A DNA stretch of 64,000 bases, from assembly GCA_037308085.1 (NCBI GenBank), contig CP147779.1, positions 1,312,001-1,376,000 of the forward strand, written 5' to 3'. The translations under genes and the position numbers were made by a program. The notes beneath the pieces are model-generated. The model was not told where the DNA came from, did no database searches, and saw nothing but the letters and a program-made list of their open reading frames with translations. This stretch comes from Promethearchaeati archaeon SRVP18_Atabeyarchaeia-1 (lineage in GTDB: Archaea; Asgardarchaeota; Atabeyarchaeia; Atabeyarchaeales; Atabeyarchaeaceae). Shown here piece after piece: positions 19,639-29,670 of the stretch. The stretch's first letter is position 1. Every line of letters starts with the position of its first letter.

Positions 19639-20913
19639 TTAGACAATGTTGTTGGTCTTATTCGGAGCGTTGGTCTCCTCCGTCACGCCTGCTCCAGCAA
19701 TACCAGGCCTATCGCCGGCGTACAGGTATTCACGCTTCATCGAAGGCCAAGAGGCGCCCGCACTCACGGTAAACGGGTAGCCGCATAGGCGCGCCCCACG
19801 AAGGAAAATGGCTAAGGAAGCCAGCCTGTCCCTATCGTAGTCCACGCCACACCTCCTACAAGAGCTTACTCCCTAAGCTGGGTGCTCAAGCCTTCCACCG
19901 CAGACGGGACATCTCGACGAAGTCCCCCTCGGGTCAACATAGATCGTGCGGTAGGGTGACTTATACTCGATCATTCTCTGGTACATCCTGTAGGGCCACC
20001 TGTTCAGGCAGGTCACAAACTTCATCGCCCTGCCCTTACTCTTGCTCTTGCAGGTTCTTCTTATTCCGTCCAAGTCTTCGAGGAAGAACGATGTATCTGG
20101 GTTCTCCTTCACTTGGGTGGCGGTGAGCTTGTGGAGGGCGTCTTTCACCCTGTTTCTCTGCCTGCCCCTCGTCTCCCTCATCTTCCTGTCACGCTTCAGT
20201 GGGTTCTTTACGTGCTTCTGCAGCATCTGCCTTCTGCGCGAGAAGTCGTTCTGCACCTGCACGATCTTCCCCAAGGCAGTAGTCTTCACTCCAGTGAGCT
20301 TCACGTCCCTCTTGCTTCTCGATGCGCTGGTTAAGTCCACGGTATGGAAGTTTAGGTCTGAAGCAGTGAGGTTTCCCCCAAGCGCCTTCTTCCCGTCGTT
20401 GCCACTTATCATGAAGGTGATGCATAGCACCCTGTCGGTGACGAGCAGCTCGGATGGCCTTCCGTTGTTGTACTCCTTGTAGTGCTTGTTTCTGATGTTG
20501 ATGGGGAGCCAGGCGTAGCTGCCCGGTTGCAGCGTAATCCTCACTCTGCCTCCGACCACCTTGAAGAGCTCTGAGTCTATCCTCATCGCCAGCTTCCTGG
20601 CGGCTGGTATGCCGAGCTTTCCATGGTGGTTCTTCCTGTACGATCTGAGCATGGTCACCGCCGTCCTGCGGACCGGGTTGATATGATGCCTCGCATACGA
20701 GAACCGGGAGTAGAACCAGCTTCTTATATGTCTCCTCAGTGTTATCGGGGAGGGGACCGTGCCGCCGCTTCCTACTGCATCTCCGTATGCGACCTGCAGA
20801 GCGTATGTTATGGCTTCCTGCATGTCCTCGAGGTATCTTGTGATCTCGGGCGGTGGCTGGCAGCTTGATACTATGGTTCTCTTCTCGCCTTTTGATCTCC
20901 ACGGGTGGCTCAT
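19639..20913 (-). pseudogene. tnpB: TnpB with one in-frame amber stop (19873-19875) inside the zinc finger
   Basis: RuvC-I ASDLN, RuvC-II FLEDL, TSSRCPVC..HPA*GVSSCRRCGVDYDRDRLAS; the reading frame continues past the TAG to 19639. Confidence 0.88.
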
Positions 20914-21026
20914 GATGGTGACTTCACCGCCTCGAGCATTCTTCTCGCCTTTTTATGCGGCCTGAGCATTGGTTTCACTGAAGGTGAAGTTGCCATAGAA
21001 ATCAGGCCACTTGCCTCTGTTTTCAA
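20910..21026 (-). pseudogene. tnpA: 38-codon stub of IS607 TnpA C-terminus, overlapping tnpB by ATGA
   Basis: LISMATSPSVKPMLRPHKKARRMLEAVK resembles the IS607 TnpA tail DLISIVTSFSGKLYGLRSHK..KLVEAVK. Confidence 0.6.
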
Positions 21027-21090
21027 AATCCTAGTATGTTAAATAACATTATATAACGTCCTCGGCAGCAGTCAGGAGCCCATCCTTCTA

Positions 21091-21915
21091 CTAGTAGCAG
21101 ACTTCGTACTTCGTTACTCCTGTCTCTCTACACGCTTTCCTGATTGACCTGCTAAGATCTTTGAAGTAGGTCGAGTTTCCAAACATGATGTTCTGATACC
21201 TCGGAAGCAGAGTAGGGTAGTTCTTCTCCAAGAAAGTTCTCATCGATGGCCATACTCCCCATCTCAGATTGAGCCTGTCGAAAAGTACCTGGCTGGCTCC
21301 TGATTTTACTAGTTCACGCAAGAGCTTTGTTAATGCTTCTTCAGAGTCAGAGAGCACTGGTAGGATTGGGCCTACGAAGGCGAAGGTCCTAACCCCTCTC
21401 GAAGAAAGTTCGGTTAGAGCAGCAATTCGTTCGTCGATGGGTGATGCCCCTGGCTCAATCTGCTTTCTCAGATCATCATCGAGCGAGAGTATCGTGAAGC
21501 CAACGTCTTTCTCAGGGAAACGAGTTATGAGATCAAGATCCCTTAGGACCATGGATGATTTTGTCTGTATCCAGATTGGGAACCTGTAACCCAAAAGGAT
21601 TTCAAGGCATCTACGAGTCAGCTCATACTTCTTCTCGATAGGCTGGTAAGGATCAGTCACAGCGCTCAGCCACGTTACCCCCCTAGGTTTCCTCTTTATT
21701 TCACGAAGAAGTGCTCCTGCGGCATTGACTTTCGCGTCAGCAAACTCACCCCACTGCCTACTCTGGTGTGCTGCTCTGAACCTTAGCATGAACCTCGCGT
21801 AGCAATACACGCAGGCATGTGCGCAACCAATGTAGGGGCTTATCGAATAGTCGAACGGTTCGATGCCTGAGTTACTCAGAACAGACTTGCACATTATCTC
21901 ATCTGTCGAAACCAT
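21091..21915 (-). CDS. Radical SAM protein (SplB / DNA-repair photolyase-like family)
   Basis: SPYIGCAHACVYCYA (CxxxCxxC), VTDPYQPIE, IQTKS, EPGASP. Confidence 0.88.
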   Translation of the reverse strand: MVSTDEIMCKSVLSNSGIEPFDYSISPYIGCAHACVYCYARFMLRFRAAHQSRQWGEFADAKVNAAGALLREIKRKPRGVTWLSAVTDPYQPIEKKYELTRRCLEILLGYRFPIWIQTKSSMVLRDLDLITRFPEKDVGFTILSLDDDLRKQIEPGASPIDERIAALTELSSRGVRTFAFVGPILPVLSDSEEALTKLLRELVKSGASQVLFDRLNLRWGVWPSMRTFLEKNYPTLLPRYQNIMFGNSTYFKDLSRSIRKACRETGVTKYEVCY

Positions 21916-22250
21916 CTTGAAGGTCGCCTTGATCGACTGCGTTCCAAGTTTTGTGGCATGCTGGAATCTGGCTTCTGTAATCGTCGTCTAGAGATGGAAA
22001 AGGGAATATTATGCTTTCCTAGCATCAGAATTCTGCAACAAGGTCATTGAGAGTCTATGCTTGAGGACACTCGTGGAAAGAACCGCAAGGTCTAAGCGCG
22101 AGAGCAGGTAGAAAAGAATGAATGATCACGGTTTCTATTCATCTTTTTCTCGGGAGAACAGTCCGAGGTTGGGCTGCATGTCGGCAGGTTGCTTCGCCTG
22201 GATCATGGATCGTTGTTTACACTAGTCCGCATTATCGACACGCATCCCGA

Positions 22251-22772
22251 CTAAACCATGAAGTACTTGGGGCAGACTTCTGACCCTTCGACCCAAAAGG
22301 ATATCTCCACGTCCTTGACACCCGGGATTCCTGTAATATTGTCCCTCAGTTTCGTCAAGTGTTCGAAGTCCATAGCTACGCCGATAGCCAGTACATCATG
22401 ATCTCCAACAGTTTTTGTAGCCACAATTATGCTTGGTATCCTAATCAGCTTCTCCAAGACCAATGACGAATCAGTGGAAGTAGACTCACTCGCTGAGATA
22501 CTTGTGGGTGAGGTATCGATCATGAAAACAGCCATTGCTTGGTATCCGATTCTCTTAGGATCGATTACAATTGTAGACCCTCGGATTACTCCCTGTTGTC
22601 GCAATGCTGCATACCTGTTTATCACCGTGTCCGGTGAGATACCAAGTTCTTTAGCGATTTTCCTGAAGGACATGCGAGCATCTAGGGTTAGCTTATTGAT
22701 GATAGAGATGTCTGTTTGATCCATATCTGTCAGCTCTTTTCTGGGTGTTGGAATTCGAAATTCTCTGGGCAA
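22251..22772 (-). CDS. Lrp/AsnC transcriptional regulator
   Basis: DARMSFRKIAKELGISPDTV HTH plus RAM domain (VGDHD); true start may be ATG 22724. Confidence 0.88.
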   Translation of the reverse strand: MPREFRIPTPRKELTDMDQTDISIINKLTLDARMSFRKIAKELGISPDTVINRYAALRQQGVIRGSTIVIDPKRIGYQAMAVFMIDTSPTSISASESTSTDSSLVLEKLIRIPSIIVATKTVGDHDVLAIGVAMDFEHLTKLRDNITGIPGVKDVEISFWVEGSEVCPKYFMV

Positions 22773-23239
22773 AGCAGTATCTCATCGACCCATATACTCG
22801 CAGTCACTTCTTCAACCATGGGATGCCTCTTTATGTATTCTTTCACCTGTCCCACTCTACCGACATTTCTAAGAACAGCCAAGGCGAATATGTTATGCCT
22901 TCCCATAGATGAAGTACAGAAAACCATTTCCTCCATTTTTTCCACAAAATTAATGACGTCCCTCACGTGAGGATAGCTGACGCGGATTCCAAGACTTGCT
23001 ACACAATCGTAGCCGAAACTTTTCGGATTCAACAGGACCGTTGTTCCTCTGGCGACGCCATTTCTTCTCATTCTCTTGAAACGTTTACTTATTGTATCTA
23101 TTGACACTCTACAATCCTTTGCAATGTCTGCAAAGCTTGTGCGAGCATCCTTTTGTAGAGCCCTTATGATATTCAGATCAATCTCATCGGTTTTCGCTAT
23201 GGAAGTCATGCCCTGTCCCCTTACTATAATAAAGAGCAT
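22730..23239 (-). CDS. Lrp/AsnC transcriptional regulator
   Basis: DEIDLNIIRALQKDARTSFADIAK HTH plus RAM domain; true start probably ATG 23209. Confidence 0.88.
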   Translation of the reverse strand: MLFIIVRGQGMTSIAKTDEIDLNIIRALQKDARTSFADIAKDCRVSIDTISKRFKRMRRNGVARGTTVLLNPKSFGYDCVASLGIRVSYPHVRDVINFVEKMEEMVFCTSSMGRHNIFALAVLRNVGRVGQVKEYIKRHPMVEEVTASIWVDEILLCPENFEFQHPEKS

Positions 23240-23430
23240 TCAGACTTTTAAATTATACAGGTTAGCCCTCAAAATCTTACAATGTCGAATCAGAACGGAG
23301 AGAGTCTGCACGTTGGCGACGGGGTATATGCTTCCTAATACTATTGTCTTATATTGTCCGATTACTATCTAATAGAACAGACAAAGATAATAGATACGGG
23401 TGTAGATACTTAGAATGTGAGGTGAAAAGG

Positions 23431-23748
23431 ATGGAATTGAGAGAAATACTTCAAGATATTGAAAAAGGAGATTCAACTCAAGAGTTGACCGAGAAGAGAT
23501 TTGCCTGTGCTCATTGCGGAAGCACATGGACCGAACTGGTTGGGTTAGTAGCTGTTCATAACAATGGAAACGAGGATCTCTTTCTCAGAATTGGCATGGA
23601 ACCAGAAGCTTGTCAAATGTGCCGGTTGCAAGCCAGAGAGTGCCAGAAGTGCGGTTCGAGGGAAGTATACGAAATAAACTTTGCAAGGGAGGTTCCCCGA
23701 GGTGTGCCCCTTAACTTCAAGGGCATAAGGACGGTGAGCAGAAGCTGA
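23431..23748 (+). CDS. Hypothetical zinc-ribbon protein
   Basis: GAGGTGA RBS before ATG 23431; three CxxC pairs (CAHC, CQMC, CQKC). Confidence 0.7.
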   Translation: MELREILQDIEKGDSTQELTEKRFACAHCGSTWTELVGLVAVHNNGNEDLFLRIGMEPEACQMCRLQARECQKCGSREVYEINFAREVPRGVPLNFKGIRTVSRS

Positions 23749-23907
23749 CTGCATTGGTATCCTTTGACCGTCCTTCTATTCTATTTTAGCTGGATACTAT
23801 TAATGTCTGCTTCCCTATTCAGCCGCTCATTTTGGCTTCTTTTTACATGAATTGTCTAATGAAGCTGGCTTTTTTTCCTATACTTTCGCCCACACCAGAT
23901 GAGTATC

Positions 23908-23915
23908 TATTTAAG
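23908..23915 (+). promoter_or_regulatory. TATA box for the glutamate-synthase-like gene (long 5' UTR)
   Basis: TATTTAAG about 155 nt upstream of the ATG at 24069. Confidence 0.45.
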
Positions 23916-24068
23916 CTGGTCTCCCCGACTCAAAAACTGTCCGGATGGGCAGAAGAAGGGGACCAAAAACTGCTAGCTACGCACTCGATTTAGCTTAGCC
24001 CATCGCTCGAGCTGGCGAAATAACGAGAGGTCTAAAGTGGAAAAAGGAACTAGGAGGAGAGATCAAGA

Positions 24069-25673
24069 ATGAGTGAAAGAGTTCAAAGGAACTCATCATA
24101 TCTGAATGGCAAATCGACGGCAGGAACTTCAACTAGAGTGAAGGATACTAGTTGCACGAGCGGCATGTGCCCGATCTGTATACGTGAATGTGCTACAATA
24201 TGCGAGATAAGTCTGTCAGCTTTCAGGGGAAGAGAAGCGCTTTACCCTGAGCCCACCTACTTTGGATTAAGCACAGCTGGAGCTTTGAAAAACTTTGGTT
24301 TAGATTGGTCGCACTTCAACATCCACGCGAGTTTAATAGGGGCTGAAGGTATCGAAGCAGACTCTGACATCGCCTTATTCCCAAATGTGAGCGTCGAGAC
24401 AAAAGTCGGTGGAATTCCTCTCAAGATACCTGTGCTGACTGGCGCATTTGGCTCAACGGACGTTGCACGGCTAAACTGGGCAGGTCTGGGAATCGGTGCA
24501 GCGATCTCAGGAGTAATCTTGACTGTCGGAGAGAACGTTTGTGGGATGGATGCCGAAGCCGAATTCACCGACGGCAAGGTAACCAACTCGCCTGAGTTGA
24601 AGCGCAGGGTTGACATTTTCAGACAGTTCTGGGACGGAAAATACGGTGACATCGCGGTGCAGACGAATGTCGAAGACCAGAGGTTTGACGTTCACACTTA
24701 CGCCGCTTCGAAACTTGAGGTTAACGTTATTGAGCGAAAGTGGGGTCAAGGTGCAAAGGCCATTGGAGGAGAAGTCAGAATCTCAGACATCAACAAGGCG
24801 GTTCTACTAAAGAAGCGCGGCTACATAGTGATCCCGGATCCTGAAGACAAGAGCGTGATAGAAGCTTTCAAGGCTGGTGCACTGAAAACCTTCGAAAGAC
24901 ACAGTAGAGTTGGAATGCCGGTAGAGAAAGACTTCCTCGAAGATATCGACAAGCTAAGAGAGCAGGGAGTAAAACATGTCACGTTGAAGACAGGAGCCTA
25001 CCGACCATCAGCTGTCGCCTGGACCATGAAACTCGCCTCTGAAGCCAAGGTCGACTACATAACTTTCGATGGAGCTGGAGGAGGAACAGGCATGAGCCCT
25101 GTGCCCATGATGGATGAGATGGGCATACCTACAATCTACCTCGAAGCACTTGTGCTGAAGTGCGCTGAGATTCTCAAGAAGAAAAGAAAGAATGTGCCTG
25201 ACATGGTCATTGCTGGTGGTTTCATATCTGAAACACAAATATACAAGGCCATAGCACTAAGCAACTTCGGCAAAGAACCGTACATAAAAGCAGTACTGAT
25301 GGCTAGGTCGCCCCTCACAGCGGTTATGAAGTCCTCCTACTTTACGGAACTTTATAACAAAGGTCAGCTTCCAAAAACCTTTGTCAACAGGTATGGCAAT
25401 ACACCGGAAAACTTCTTTGCCGCTGCACCAGAACTAAAGGCAGAGTATGGGGAGAAGTTCAAGGAGATACCTTGGGAAGCGATTGGATTGTACAGTTACC
25501 TGCACGAAAGGATTGGAGTTGGACTACGCCAACTACTCGCTGGTTCCAGGAAATGGAAGCTGGACGGAGTAAGCAGGAAAGACTTAATCGCGTTAACAGA
25601 ACGCGCTGCCAGGGTTACAGGAATCCCATTGCCTGAAGAGTCCGAAGCTGATGTTATAGAACATATTCTATAA
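24069..25673 (+). CDS. FMN-binding glutamate synthase family protein (stand-alone archaeal GltB domain-2 type)
   Basis: Cys-rich N-terminus (SGMCPICIRECATICEI), VGENV, ERKWGQGAKAIGGE, DGAGGGTGMSP, IAGG. Confidence 0.85.
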   Translation: MSERVQRNSSYLNGKSTAGTSTRVKDTSCTSGMCPICIRECATICEISLSAFRGREALYPEPTYFGLSTAGALKNFGLDWSHFNIHASLIGAEGIEADSDIALFPNVSVETKVGGIPLKIPVLTGAFGSTDVARLNWAGLGIGAAISGVILTVGENVCGMDAEAEFTDGKVTNSPELKRRVDIFRQFWDGKYGDIAVQTNVEDQRFDVHTYAASKLEVNVIERKWGQGAKAIGGEVRISDINKAVLLKKRGYIVIPDPEDKSVIEAFKAGALKTFERHSRVGMPVEKDFLEDIDKLREQGVKHVTLKTGAYRPSAVAWTMKLASEAKVDYITFDGAGGGTGMSPVPMMDEMGIPTIYLEALVLKCAEILKKKRKNVPDMVIAGGFISETQIYKAIALSNFGKEPYIKAVLMARSPLTAVMKSSYFTELYNKGQLPKTFVNRYGNTPENFFAAAPELKAEYGEKFKEIPWEAIGLYSYLHERIGVGLRQLLAGSRKWKLDGVSRKDLIALTERAARVTGIPLPEESEADVIEHIL

Positions 25674-25709
25674 TCTGAAACGCCAGCAGATAGATGGAGG
25701 GGAAAGATC

Positions 25710-25949
25710 CTGAAGGCATTCGTGGAAATGAACATCGCGCCTGGAAAAGTTAAGAACATCTTGAGGGAACTCAGAAGAATAAGTAACATAAGGGAAGTCA
25801 GCGCTGTGACTGGGCACTGTGATATCATAGCATCGATCGACGTAGGTGACATGGAGACCTTCTCTAGAATCCTGCTAGAAAGAATCCAGACGTTAGAAGG
25901 GATTACCCGCACAGAAACGCTAGTGTGTGTCCCTGCAGAGGCAGCATAA
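25710..25949 (+). CDS. Stand-alone Lrp/AsnC ligand-binding (RAM) domain protein
   Basis: KAFVEMN..PGK, VTGHCDII and GITRTET motifs with no HTH. RBS GGAGGGG spacing favours a CTG start at 25710 (GTG 25722 is the alternative). Confidence 0.8.
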   Translation: MKAFVEMNIAPGKVKNILRELRRISNIREVSAVTGHCDIIASIDVGDMETFSRILLERIQTLEGITRTETLVCVPAEAA

Positions 25950-26001
25950 CGTCAAGGCGCTGATCATCGCGTCGCTTAGGGCAAGTAGGAGCTAACTCCC
26001 A

Positions 26002-26033
26002 AGTGGGGATGCTCAGCTCCCACTACTTTTTTT
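26002..26033 (+). terminator. Hairpin plus T7 terminator
   Basis: AGTGGG...CCCACT followed by ACTTTTTTT. Confidence 0.6.
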
Positions 26034-26490
26034 AACGCTTGCTTTCTTACAGTTCACTTGAGAGACTATCGCGCAGATCTCTAGCGCCCAGAGTTCTGAA
26101 GGCTTGCCATATGTTGAACCAGGAATGCTGCGTTGGAGATCCTACGTTAGACGCCCAGACTAGGAAGTTGAAGGGTCGAGAGAGAACCGGAATCTGGATA
26201 CTCGAGTACTAGTCCGAGAAACACGGCGATTTCACTGGTGGCAAGTTCACAAGGCTTTCCCCTCAGTCCTTTCTTGACCAAATGGAAATTCAGCACCAGA
26301 TGCATGTTGAGGACAATGGCGGAGATATTTGGAAACCACAATCTAGAGAATAGAGATCTGCATTTATCGAAGATAGTCGAGTGATCTAATCCAGACCCAA
26401 ATCCAAAAACAATATCTATGCAGAACGTATGCTGATATAACCAATCAGGTTAACAAATTCGCGATTCAATTGGTTAAGGAGGATGATTAT

Positions 26491-27747
26491 TTGTCTCAGA
26501 AGGAAACCAAAAACCCATTCGATATGTACGTGAAGAATCTGGAGCTATGCGCAGAGAAACTAAAGTTGGACAAGGGAATAGTCAAGCGACTACAGTACCC
26601 CAAAAGGGCACTGATTGTCTCCTTGCCAGTCAGAATGGACAACGGGGAAATCGAAGTATTCACAGGCTACAGAGTGCAGTTCAACGATGCAAGAGGTCCA
26701 TTCAAGGGCGGAATAAGATACCACCCGAACGTCAACCTGGACGAAGTCAAGGCCCTCTCAGCATGGATGACAATCAAGACAGCAGTTATCGACATCCCCT
26801 ATGGCGGAGCAAAGGGTGGAATAACCTGCAACCCTCTCAAGATGTCGCCTGGTGAGATTGAGAGATTAACAAGGCGATACGCTTTCTCGATCAAGGACTT
26901 CATTGGACCGTACATAGATGTCCCAGCGCCTGACGTTTACACAAGCGGAAGAGAAATGGCTTGGATCATGGACACCTACTCCATGGCTGTCGGACACAAG
27001 GTTCCAGAGGTGGTCACGGGCAAGCCTCTAGAAATAGGCGGATCCCTTGGACGAGAATCTTCCACTGGAAGAGGTCTAGCATTCTGTGTTCGGGAAGCCT
27101 GTAAGAGGATAAACATAGATCTGAAGGCTGCAACGTTTGTGGTACAGGGATACGGTAACGTCGGAATATTCGCAGCGAAAATACTTGCAGGCTGGGGTGC
27201 GAAGATGATTGCCGCCAGCGACTCAAAGGGTGGCGTTGTCGACCCCAAGGGAATCGACCCGAGCAAACTACTCGAACACAAAGAGAAAACAGACAAAGTG
27301 GCAGGCTACCCAGGAACGAAGAACATAACAAACGAGGAACTGCTTCTCACAAAATGCGACATACTACTCCCATGCGCTCTTGAAAACCAGATTACAGGGG
27401 AAAACGCCCCGAAACTCAACTGCAAGATCATTGGTGAGGGCGCGAACGGCCCGACAACCCCGGATGCTGATGAAATAATCTACAGCAAGAAGATACTTGT
27501 GTTGCCAGATGTCCTCGCGAACTCCGGCGGAGTTTTAGGCTCATATTTCGAGTGGCTCCAGAACCTCAACAGAGATAGCTGGACAGAGGATGAATTCAAC
27601 AAGAAGCTTGAAGAAAAGATGGTTAAGGCCTTCAACGGTGTCTATGACATGTCCCAGAAGTACAAGGTGAACATGCGCACAGGAGCGTACATGATCGCAG
27701 TGAAACGTATCGCTGATGCCACAGAGAAACTCGGACTCTTCCCATAG
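26491..27747 (+). CDS. gdhA: Glutamate dehydrogenase (paralog 1)
   Basis: GPFKGGIRYHP, GGAKGG, DVPAPDV, QGYGNVG, EGANGPTT, PDVLANSGGV; start TTG 26491 after GGAGGA. Confidence 0.93.
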   Translation: MSQKETKNPFDMYVKNLELCAEKLKLDKGIVKRLQYPKRALIVSLPVRMDNGEIEVFTGYRVQFNDARGPFKGGIRYHPNVNLDEVKALSAWMTIKTAVIDIPYGGAKGGITCNPLKMSPGEIERLTRRYAFSIKDFIGPYIDVPAPDVYTSGREMAWIMDTYSMAVGHKVPEVVTGKPLEIGGSLGRESSTGRGLAFCVREACKRINIDLKAATFVVQGYGNVGIFAAKILAGWGAKMIAASDSKGGVVDPKGIDPSKLLEHKEKTDKVAGYPGTKNITNEELLLTKCDILLPCALENQITGENAPKLNCKIIGEGANGPTTPDADEIIYSKKILVLPDVLANSGGVLGSYFEWLQNLNRDSWTEDEFNKKLEEKMVKAFNGVYDMSQKYKVNMRTGAYMIAVKRIADATEKLGLFP

Positions 27748-28195
27748 GTATGCGCCAAGAAGGATGTCTCTAGCTATATATGAAATCTAATGGGCACGCA
27801 TGCCCATTCCCTTCTCATTTTTTGAGGTCGCGTTTCCACGTTATCCACTTGAAAGTGCGAATTTCTGGCGCGAGTCGATGTCTCGCTAAGCTAGAAGTGG
27901 CATATCTAATCGTGCTTAGGAGCATCGTTGTCGTATTTCATCGTCTTTTCTGCTATTTCTGTGCACCGCGCTGTCGAGACTGGACACACGAATGACGCCC
28001 GACTTACTATCTTCCATTGAAAGAATAGCCCCGCCATCGATGGCAAAAACGAATGGAGAGACACATTCCAATAAGGGCAACTGGCAGAGATCGCAGAAGG
28101 CAGGTCCAGTCACAATCGAATCCAAGAATTAAAGAATCTGAATAGCGAGTTAAATAACAGCGAAAAGGCTCCTAGTTGAATATGGGGGTGTTTGT

Positions 28196-29452
28196 TTGTC
28201 TAGTCGAGCAGATATCAACCCGTTTGATACGTATACAAAGAACCTTGACATATGTGCCGAAAAGTTGAAGCTAGATCCAGGAATGGTTGAATGGTTGAAG
28301 AGCGCCAAGAGGACTCTGACAATCTCGTTACCCGTAAGATTAGATAACGGAAAAATCAGGGTTTTCACGGGATATAGAGTGCAATTCAACGATGCGAGAG
28401 GTCCCTACAAAGGGGGGATCAGATATGCTCCAGAAGCCAACTTGGATGAAGTGAAAGCGCTCGCGGCATGGATGACCATAAAGACAGCGGTCATTGACAT
28501 ACCTTTTGGTGGTGCAAAGGGAGGTATAGCTTGCGACCCTGCAAAGATGTCTGCCAGCGAGATCGAGAGAATGACGAGGAGATACGCTTTCGCGATCAGG
28601 GACTTCATTGGTCCGTACATTGATGTTCCGGCACCAGATGTCAATACTGGTCCGAGAGAGATGGCTTGGATAATGGACACATACTCCATGGCTGTCGGAC
28701 ACATGGTTCCAGAGATCGTAACAGGGAAACCCTTGGAAGTGGGCGGATCCTTGGGTAGAAAAGAAGCAACAGGTCACGGCGTAGCTATCTGTGTCCGGGA
28801 AGCTTGCAAAGAACTTAACTTGAGTCTGAAGGGGGCTAACGTCGCCGTCCAAGGATTTGGAAACGTCGGATCATGGACAGCAATTACGCTCCAAGGCATG
28901 GGCGCCAGAATCATCGCAACGAGCGACATAAACGGGGCAATACTTAACCCAGGTGGAATCGATGCCAACGAACTAGCCAAATACGTGGAGAAAACTGGTT
29001 CGGTTATGAAGTTCCCTGGAACAAAGGCCATCCACAATGATGAACTGCTGGCCACAAAATGCGACATACTTGTCCCAGCCGCGTTGGAGAACCAGATCAC
29101 ACAAGAGAATGCTCCAGAAGTCAAATGCAAGCTGATGGTTGAGGGTGCCAACGGTCCTACAACCACTGAAGCAGACGAGATTCTCAACAAGAACAAGATA
29201 GTTGTTGTACCAGATGTTCTGGCGAACTCGGGCGGCGTGTTGGGTTCATACTTCGAGTGGCTTCAGAATATTCACAGAGAAACTTGGTCAATTCAGGAAT
29301 TCAATTCGCAGCTTGAGAAGAAGATCGTTAAGGCGTTTCACGACGTCTACGATATGTCTAAGAACTTCAATGTGACAATGCGCACAGCGGCTTACATGAT
29401 AGCAGTGAAGAGAATCGCTGACGCAATGAGCAAGCTGGGACTATTCCCTTAG
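28196..29452 (+). CDS. gdhA: Glutamate dehydrogenase (paralog 2)
   Basis: Same motifs (GPYKGGIRY, QGFGNVG, EGANGPTT); highly similar to paralog 1. Confidence 0.93.
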   Translation: MSSRADINPFDTYTKNLDICAEKLKLDPGMVEWLKSAKRTLTISLPVRLDNGKIRVFTGYRVQFNDARGPYKGGIRYAPEANLDEVKALAAWMTIKTAVIDIPFGGAKGGIACDPAKMSASEIERMTRRYAFAIRDFIGPYIDVPAPDVNTGPREMAWIMDTYSMAVGHMVPEIVTGKPLEVGGSLGRKEATGHGVAICVREACKELNLSLKGANVAVQGFGNVGSWTAITLQGMGARIIATSDINGAILNPGGIDANELAKYVEKTGSVMKFPGTKAIHNDELLATKCDILVPAALENQITQENAPEVKCKLMVEGANGPTTTEADEILNKNKIVVVPDVLANSGGVLGSYFEWLQNIHRETWSIQEFNSQLEKKIVKAFHDVYDMSKNFNVTMRTAAYMIAVKRIADAMSKLGLFP

Positions 29453-29670
29453 GAAAGAGTCTCTGGAGAAGGGAAGACAGGTTCTCAAATTCCCTATCTC
29501 CTCAATCTTCCTTATTTTTCGTATGCCGTATCATCCGTCATAAGTTGAGAATGAATCCAAGTCAGGCTTCAGCTGGGGAACCAGTTCGCAACTGCTTTAT
29601 AATTCTGGACATTATATAGATTGAAAGATGGAAGATCCGATCATAGAGCGACCCAGCCGAGGATGATTAG

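Larger units (their letters stand above)
19625..21080 (-). mobile_element. Non-autonomous IS607-family element (tnpA stub + tnpB); ends approximate
   Basis: tnpB preceded by a C-terminal serine-transposase remnant; GG at the presumed right end (19625-19626). Confidence 0.7.

Noticed and set aside
20189-20902. 237-aa alternative-frame ORF inside tnpB
   Set aside because: Shadow frame of a GC-rich tnpB; the same applies to 32548-33150.
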